Assembly: GCA_013265495.1 (NCBI GenBank)
Contig: MU058337.1
Location: 5,996,716 to 6,060,715, forward strand
Source: Vicugna vicugna
Lineage: Eukaryota
Direction: 5' to 3'
DNA: 64,000 nt
Below, in pieces: positions 55,873 to 64,000 of this stretch. The notes under the pieces are model-generated. The model saw nothing but the letters and a program-made list of their open reading frames with translations, had not been told where the DNA came from and made no database searches. Every line of letters begins with the position of its first letter. Within the stretch, counting starts at the first letter, position 1. A program made the translations under genes and the position numbers.

Positions 55873-56808
55873 AAAAATATGAATTGATTATATAAGTTTG
55901 TACATTTTTTTCCACTCTGAAAAACTGGAGGAGCTAGAGGAAGATTTTCTACCTATAAATAATGTCTATGTGGAATGATAATTAACCTCAGAAAACACAA
56001 TGATAGAATCTAAGACCCTGCTATATTATGACCCAACAGAAAATACAAGGGCAGCAAATAACCTTTTATTTAATTTTCTGGTGCTCTAGCCACACAAAAT
56101 CAAGAAAAAAATGTACTCTAATTTCAATATGATTTCTAATTCGATATTTATATTTTATCAATTTTAACTGTTCCGTATCAATTCATAGCTATAATGTGTA
56201 AAATCAGCACAAGGCATTTCTGACAGAAAAATGAAAACTACAGCAAACTTTTCTTCTTCTGTGTTTTATTTCAGAAAACCTGTTTTATTCTGCTGAAACC
56301 CACACCTCCACAACCAAATTAACTGTGGGGTTAAAATCTTAATCTGAGTAAAAGAAACGATTTATTTGTCTCTATACAAACAGCTCCTAGCAGAACACCA
56401 TCACTATGAGCCACACAGACATCTGGGAACGGAAATAATACAGGTCAGGTACTTTTCTTTAAAAAATGCCCCCGAAATAGCCCAATCTCTTAAGGGGACT
56501 GAGTCTCTAGCTGGAATATATTCTGCCTGGACAGACATCTTGTGGTTACTGCTTTCTGGAGCGGAGCTTTTGTATCATTCCCCATCCAAACAACATTCTT
56601 GTGGCACTTTGGAAAAAGTATACCAGATTCTAAAGATAGGTGATCAACCACCTTTAACATCTGAACAGTTAATGTACAATGGTAAGTACATTCTCTATTT
56701 CATACTTATTCAGAACAATTCACAATCACTCTAAATGTAAGAAAGGATGTGTTTCCAATGAGAATGAGTGATATTATTTTAAAGTCATAATAATTTGAAA
56801 GCATCTTA

Positions 56809-57051
<243 letters not shown>

Positions 57052-59511
57052 TTAATTTTGGTTGAACAATAACCCTTCCACTCAGTAGCTCTGTAACTCT
57101 GGGTGAATTTAATTTCTCTGATCTTAGATTTTTATAGAAACAGGAATACCAATATTTATTTCACCAACTGTTAAAAATGAGAAATTTTTAATAAACCATA
57201 CAAATCATATAAAATTCCATCTCTTTAATTCTTATTTTCAACCTTAATTCCACTAATAAAAATATACAAAAATGCATATCCATTTGACTCCAAAGTCAGA
57301 ATATATACCCAAAGATGTGAAGCACCTGGCTAACTGCATAGCTGGGGCAAAACTACGGCCAATACACTTAGTAAGACGACAGGAGGCTCCTTAAGACGTC
57401 CTGATATTTTAAATTCACACCTTTAAAAGCAATTGCCTCTCACATAGCCATACAAATCATTACAATTTTATCTTCTTTAAAACTGCTCAAAAACTAATAA
57501 TTAAAAGAGAAAAGTTCAATTTTGAAAACAAAAATACGGATTTAATTATTGCTTCATACATTTTATTTCCATACTACAGTAACTTAAATCATTATTAAAA
57601 TATGCTTACTAAATTCATACATTATAAAATGGGCTCATTCGGTCAGTCTATTAAATACTCAAACTTGCTTACCTAAGACTAATTGAGTATGTGATATTCC
57701 ACTCATTGATATATTCAGAGTATAAAATTTAATTCATTTACATGTAATTAACAGTTCCTTAATCTTCAGACTAAATACCTGTATTTAATATTCAACACTG
57801 AAATTCTTTTAATCCTTTAGTTTGCAAACAGTCCATCTAGCAATACAAGAAATAACTATCTTAGCTGTTTGCGTGCTTGAAAAAGACAGGATTGCAAGTA
57901 AACACTGACTAGAAGATAAATTTCAAAAGGTACTGCAAAAATTTCTATTTCTCAGCATTCTCAGAGAAAGAGTATCACGTTTTCTTAGTCTTCCATTACT
58001 TCTTTGATTTAAGGGAATGGAGTTTAGATCTCAGGAGACTACAAACTTTGAAGAAACTAAAGCACAATGAATGAATCATTGTTTTCAATACCACATAATC
58101 AAGTTTTTATTAGATGGGATACAGTGACTCACAAAGAAAAAACATAGTACCTCACAGTTTGTCTCTGCTCTAATGACTGAGAACTTTCATTTTACATTTA
58201 AACCAAGAATACCAGAAGTAAAAAAATTAAAGCCATCCAAATAAATTAGCTATCAAGTTTCAAAGCATTACCGGCCTATTTTGGAGCTCATGGAAAACTG
58301 CATTTAGAACATCATTTGTAGCACTGTGTAGCACATTCATTCAATAAATACTAATCACAAAATTCTAGGCCTGGTGCACATATATGTGATGGAAATAGAA
58401 AAGTAAAACAGAAACTGCCCTCCCAGCACCTCAAGTCTCATGGGGTACTCCAAAATGCAGAGATGGTCAATGTTCCATTTGTGCCAATAACATGTCATTT
58501 AAATTTGGAAAAAGAAAAGAAAGAGATTATTATGAAAATATCTGGGTCTACTTTCAACAACCTTCATGATTCTGACCCTAATTTATTATATTATAACAAC
58601 AAATACTGTACTTTTAAAAATCTCTTAGATATTCTAAAGATTTTAAGGTAAGTCATAGATGCTATTTCCCTGAAAAAGTTCAGGATACACGCTGCAATAG
58701 GGAGACACTCCTTAGGAAAAAATAAAAAAGCAATTAATGACTACTGAGTCTTCCTTCTGAAGAATGCTAAAATTTTTGTGGATTATGCAGAAAGATTTCT
58801 TCTCAAGGTAGGAGGGAGGAAGGAGTAAAAGCAGTGCAATGTGATATTAACAGTTGGTGACTCTAAGAGGCAAAGATATGGGTGTTTTCTGAACTGTTCT
58901 CTCAATTTTTCTTAAGTTTTGATTTTTCCAAATTAACAAAGGACATGGAGCAACTTTTAAAAATAAGAATCTTGCACCATTAAATCAAATATTGTCATAT
59001 TTTTTGTTAATCTCAGCAAATTTTCAGAGATTGCTTACAGGTTGAAGAGAGTAATATTTTAGGTAGAAAATCATTTACCTATTTTTACTAATTATATGAG
59101 AATATTTTGAAACAACATGCCATTTGCCAACCAAGAAAGGATTAACTTATTTCCTAAAAGACTCTCAATATGCGAACAGATAGAGTAATCTCTGAAAATA
59201 CTGCATTCTAAATTAAAATCTATAGTTAACAGCAGCATAGCAATTCTCATTGCCAAAAAACTGAAGAGTAATTTCATCATAAAATTATTATATTACTAAG
59301 AGTAGCCCTGGAGAAATGACTGACAAAAAAACTTGTTATCCTAAGAAGAATAATGAAAAGTAAGTGCTAAGGCTTTCAGTGAAATTGCTATATGAGTGCC
59401 ACAGAAAAGGGGAGAGAATGAGAAAATAATTAGAGTTCACAAAATACACGTCTTACAAAACTATTAAGTTGCATTTAATATCCTTTTTATATCATTCTTT
59501 ACTAAAAGAAA

Positions 59512-59830
59512 CTGCACAGATTATCTTTTCCAAAAATGGCCACAGTAGTATCTCCCATTCTGTGTGCTCTTCTAAGAAACCTGCCACTCCTTCATGAAGA
59601 AGCAGAGTTTAAAGACGTCCCCTTGAATTCGGGCAGAATTTGTGCTCACTGGTAATCAACAGTATATGGCAGAAGGGAAGCTGTGTGAGTTCTGAGACTG
59701 AATCATAAAAAGTCATACAGCTTCCACTTGGATTCGAAACAAACGCTCTTGGACCTCTGGGTCACTATGTAAGAAGTACAAAGCCGCTATACTGTGAGGA
59801 AACCCAAGCAACCCATGCAGAGGTGCCTTG
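59512..59830 (+). mobile_element. MaLR (MLT1G/H-like) LTR fragment
   Basis: ccaaaaatggccaca...tctcccattc...ccccttgaattcgggcag...tatggcagaagggaagctgtgtgagttctgagact. Confidence 0.6.
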
Positions 59831-60289
59831 ACCCATAGGAATTACAAATAAAGCACAAGAGGTAGCTTCAACACCTGAACTGCAAAAGACAAAAGACAAG
59901 TACGATGAACTATGTGGTAAAAAATGGGACTAAGCATGCCTCCTACTCTTACGCTTGCTTCCACCCATACATAGCAACAAGCCAGCCTGACTTCGAGCAT
60001 TTCACATAGTCAACCAAGGTTCTGTAACATAAAGGTAAGTCTCCACTATCCAAAGGAACTAAGTTGGGCAAAGAGTTCCAGAGAGAGGCTAAGGAGCAGC
60101 TGTTTTTCACTCAGGCATTCTTCAATTTTGAAGGTAAAAGCCCTCACTCGGACCTTATCTCTCAGCATTTCCCAAGGAATTTTCTAATCAATCAGTGTTG
60201 CAGCACATCCACTTAACTCATATAGATCAATACAGAGAATAAGAGCTAAAAAATAAGATGCCTTAAACAGTGACTGCAAGTGATCCTCA

Positions 60290-61050
60290 AATGCTCACAC
60301 TCTGTATCCAATCACCCAGCAAACACTGTTGCCCCTACTTTCAGAATTAAACTCTTACCACCTCCACCGTTACAGCGGTGAAAGCCCCCTCACCACTTTT
60401 CCTGCTTGGATCATCACAACAGCCTCCTAGCTGGCTTCCCCGCTTCCACAGTTCATGATTCTGTCCCCATTAAGTCTATTACTGAGATAGCAACCAGAGT
60501 GATACTTTTAAAACTTAAGTCACAAAATCCTGCTAACTGTTTAATGTGGATGATACACATAGAAGTCCATTATATTCTTTCACTTTTTTGTATGTTTGGA
60601 GTTTTTTGTAATTCAAAAAATGGAAATAATGTTAGGAATTTGTTGAAATGCTATGATTATGACTTCTCTACTAAAGACCCTCCAAAGCCCCCAGTCTCAC
60701 TAAGAATGGCCTACAAGGTCCTAGATAATCTGCTCCCCACCTCTTTCTACTCCTCCCACCACCACCTGGCCACCACGATGTCCCCAGATCTCAAGACATG
60801 CTCCTGTGTCAGCATTAGCACCTCTGCACTTGATCTTCTCTTGCCTGGACTCTCATCTCCCAGCACTCTTACCACCTTCATCAAATGTGTCTCCTCAGTG
60901 AGGACAATCCTGACAATCCTGTTTAGAAGGGAATTCCCTCCCACACGCCCCATGTTTCTCCTTTCCTCCTTTATTTTTCTTATATTACTTATCACCTTTC
61001 ACAATAGTATATGATTTACTTTGATCTTATTCATTGTTTGTTTCTTCCTA
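60290..61050 (+). mobile_element. L2 fragment
   Basis: atccaatcacccagcaaacactgttg...aacagcctcctagctggcttcc...gcaaccagagtgatacttttaaaacttaagtca. Confidence 0.65.
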
Positions 61051-61056
61051 CCGAAA

Positions 61057-61507
61057 CGGGGTTTCTGACCTTTGTTTATGTCATGGATCATAAGAACTTG
61101 TCAAAATAAGGCTCAAAGTGATTTAAAATGTAGCAAAGAACACGCACAGGACTACATAAGAAACAAATTATACTGAAATATAGGTATCAAAATATTTTTC
61201 AAAAATAAATTTGGGATATCATGTATGTGGCTCTTCATTCATTAATAAGTTCCATGGACAAGTCTAATAATCACTGTAACTTAAGAGACGCCTGCAATAA
61301 CTGTAATGCGATGAGATAATAAATGGGATTTCCTAAAGGGTGAAAAGTTCCACAGATAGGACTACTGTTTTAGTCTGTCTATGTTGGAGGAAATACTGAA
61401 TTCCAGTTAGAGGTGAATGAAAGATATGTGTTCTTTTTTTCCTCATCCATTTGCATGAACTTCCCTGAATTTTATGGGTCTGTGAATTCACAGGTTAAGA
61501 ACTCCTG
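61057..61507. mobile_element. hAT-Charlie-type DNA transposon relic inserted in the L2
   Basis: Imperfect inverted termini CGGGGTTTCTGACCT / AGGTTAAGAACTCCTG. L2-like sequence resumes at ~61540. Confidence 0.55.
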
Positions 61508-62917
61508 ATTCAGTATATAAACTGAACGGAGGAATGGATTATTTTGTCTGCCTCTGTTCATTGCTGTATTGCTGGAACCTTACGAAAAGAGGGCCTGTCA
61601 CATAGTAGGCTCTCAGTTGCAAATATCCCAGTAACAAGTATCACCAATCCATGCAATGAGTTTATTCATGCTGGGTAAGTGCAAGATGGGAGAGGAGAAT
61701 TTGATGTCACCTCAGTTAAAATCTGGTATCAGTGCCACACTGAGAGTGAGACTGGGGTTTAAAGATCTCTATCTGGCACATACCATCACCCCACAATAAA
61801 AGCCAATTACGTTCTCTGATGCTCAGCCAAAGAAACAATGGTGTTCTGAAACAATTGTCTTTAGAGTTAAAATTATCTGTGCAAGTCTGCAATGTGGTGT
61901 CTTCTAAGGTTTTGAAGGGTAATATATTGCCTCTAGGAGATTTTTACCTTATTTGTTCACTTTAGAACCCAATTTCTGAATTAGGTCTGTACTGAATGAC
62001 ATTCTCACCAACTACACCAGATTCCTCTTTCAGAGATTTCAGGGAGTGGGGAGGAAAGGAAAAGGAAAGAGAAAGAAACAGAAAGGGAGAAAGCAGAAGT
62101 AACCATTTGAAAAACCAAATTACTTCTGGGTAGAAAAATGACAGAAAAGGCAACATTAATGATAATTATTCAATAGTTTTTTTTCATCCCCCTCTCCTCC
62201 AAAAAAATGACATAAATCTCACTTGCTACCAAACCTGAAAGTATATAATACAAATGTGAATAGCCCCCTAAAATCTGCTCATACTAGGCAGATGTTCAAA
62301 AAATACTTTCTAATCACCATGATGTTACCAATACATTAGCTTTTTAAAATTTTGTTTTAAAAGTTTCTTTTGACTTCTAAAACTACTAAGAATATGTTCT
62401 AAATTTACAACAGAGTGCACTGCATGTAAAGGACATACAATAATTTCAAATTCAAAAGGAAATATATTTCATGCTATAAAATTATCAAAGTAGTTCACTA
62501 CTTTTATGGACAAGCAAAGGGAAACAAATGCATACTGAGTAATACATAAACAGATGAAATTATGGCTACTTTCAAATATATTTGGTTCAACTCTTGGACC
62601 ACATTCAGAATTACGCAGCCGAATGTTAGAAAATTTGGCCTAAAAGATAGAACCATGACTGTAATTTTAAAAAATACTGTAAAAAGAAAAAGACAATCTC
62701 TTGTCAATGTTAAAGAAAATAAAAACCTTTCTATAAAAGGATCATCATCTTCAAAATATAAATAAGAAAGTTTTTCCTGCATAATTTCAATTTTTTCTAA
62801 TCTAAAAGAGATTACTGCAGTAATCCCATTATGTTTTTGGTATCTGTTTACTTGTCAGTTTATTAAAACTCTAGTAACTGCAATTTTCATCAAAAGTATA
62901 TTTTGGACAGAATCTCA

Positions 62918-63037
<120 letters not shown>

Positions 63038-64000
63038 TCATTTGGATGCATGAACATGACAACTGACCACATGTTCAATAACACAGAAGACAATAACTTA
63101 TTTATTTAAAAGTTCCTTTCTTCAGTCAGGAAAGTAACACCATAGTAATGATCTTTTTTTTAGTGAGTGTGTGATCATTTTAAAAGAAAAAGATTATTTT
63201 ATCAATAAATATAATACTGTCCCCAATAATGAAATAAAAGCTAAGGGAAAAAAAAAGTAATTCAACAGTAGATTCCAAAAATGCAAGCAGATACAGTAAA
63301 AAAAAAAAAGATACAAGAAGCAACTTATATAGCACTACACAACTCATATAACACACACATACACACACATTCCCTCCCTCTCTTTCTCTCTCTCTTCCCC
63401 AAAATTGCTGTTTGCATGCATAACAAATTAAAATCCGTTTTTTCAAAAGTAATGATTTACAGCTCCTGGGGGTATTTTCATCTGAAAAAAAATCACAGGG
63501 AACCCCTGCAGCTTTATCAGTAAGACGTGACGTGATGTTTTGGGAGAAAAATCAAGCCATGGCTGTTGTATGATGGGCTGGAGCAGAAGACACAGAGATG
63601 GCTGCTATCAATGGAGAAGCTATCTCACTATTTCATTCAGTCAACAGGGAATGAAATGCCTTGACTAGGGAATATTATGAAAACACAAAGTCAGGACTGA
63701 GACAAAGGGCACTTTCAGATAAAGTTTTATAAGAGAAAATAAAATAACATTGTTAGTAAACAGGAGTATTTAGATTAGTTATTATAAAGTAAAACATTTG
63801 ACAGCATGATTCACCTATAATGATCTATCAAGAAAATCTGTGAAGTCTCTTTGTGTAGAGGTTTTCTGACAAGGTACAGATACTCATGTCTGAGACCACT
63901 TGTTTATAATCTTCTCTGAAGAAAGAGGAGGTCAGTAAATCCTTAAAGGACTCTTCCTGGCCTGTGATGCTCTGATGGCACTGAAGTTTCACTATAGGAT

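Noticed and set aside
60406..61014. 202-aa plus-strand ORF
   Set aside because: It starts at TTG, lies within L2-derived sequence, has no recognisable domain and is antisense to PCCA. A chance ORF.

Overview
This is mammalian genomic DNA, most likely camelid (camel, llama or alpaca), judging by the tRNA-Ala-derived Vic-1-type SINEs and a young L1 family. The whole window lies inside the PCCA gene (mitochondrial propionyl-CoA carboxylase alpha subunit) on the minus strand. Eight consecutive GT-AG exons (79, 103, 95, 151, 144, 75, 69 and 76 nt; exons 9-16 in human numbering, from memory) splice into an open frame encoding the core of the biotin carboxylase domain. The rest is intron filled with L1, L2, MIR, MaLR/ERV LTRs, hAT/Tigger DNA-transposon relics and microsatellites, plus one 60-N gap. 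I found no new gene or biological system. The most interesting items are: (i) an 84-nt stop-containing cryptic exon in intron 14 that matches the size and position of the known human PCCA pseudoexon but has its donor changed to TT; (ii) a TALE-homeobox motif cluster in intron 14 that could be a long-range enhancer; (iii) a young 5'-truncated L1 with a 769-aa uninterrupted RT-containing ORF and two in-frame deletions; and (iv) several retrotransposition oddities (a possible 3' transduction, a three-layer nested insertion, and a poly(A)-tailed micro-retrocopy). Repeat family names come from recognising consensus-like sequence by eye, not from a database search, so boundaries without a TSD are approximate.
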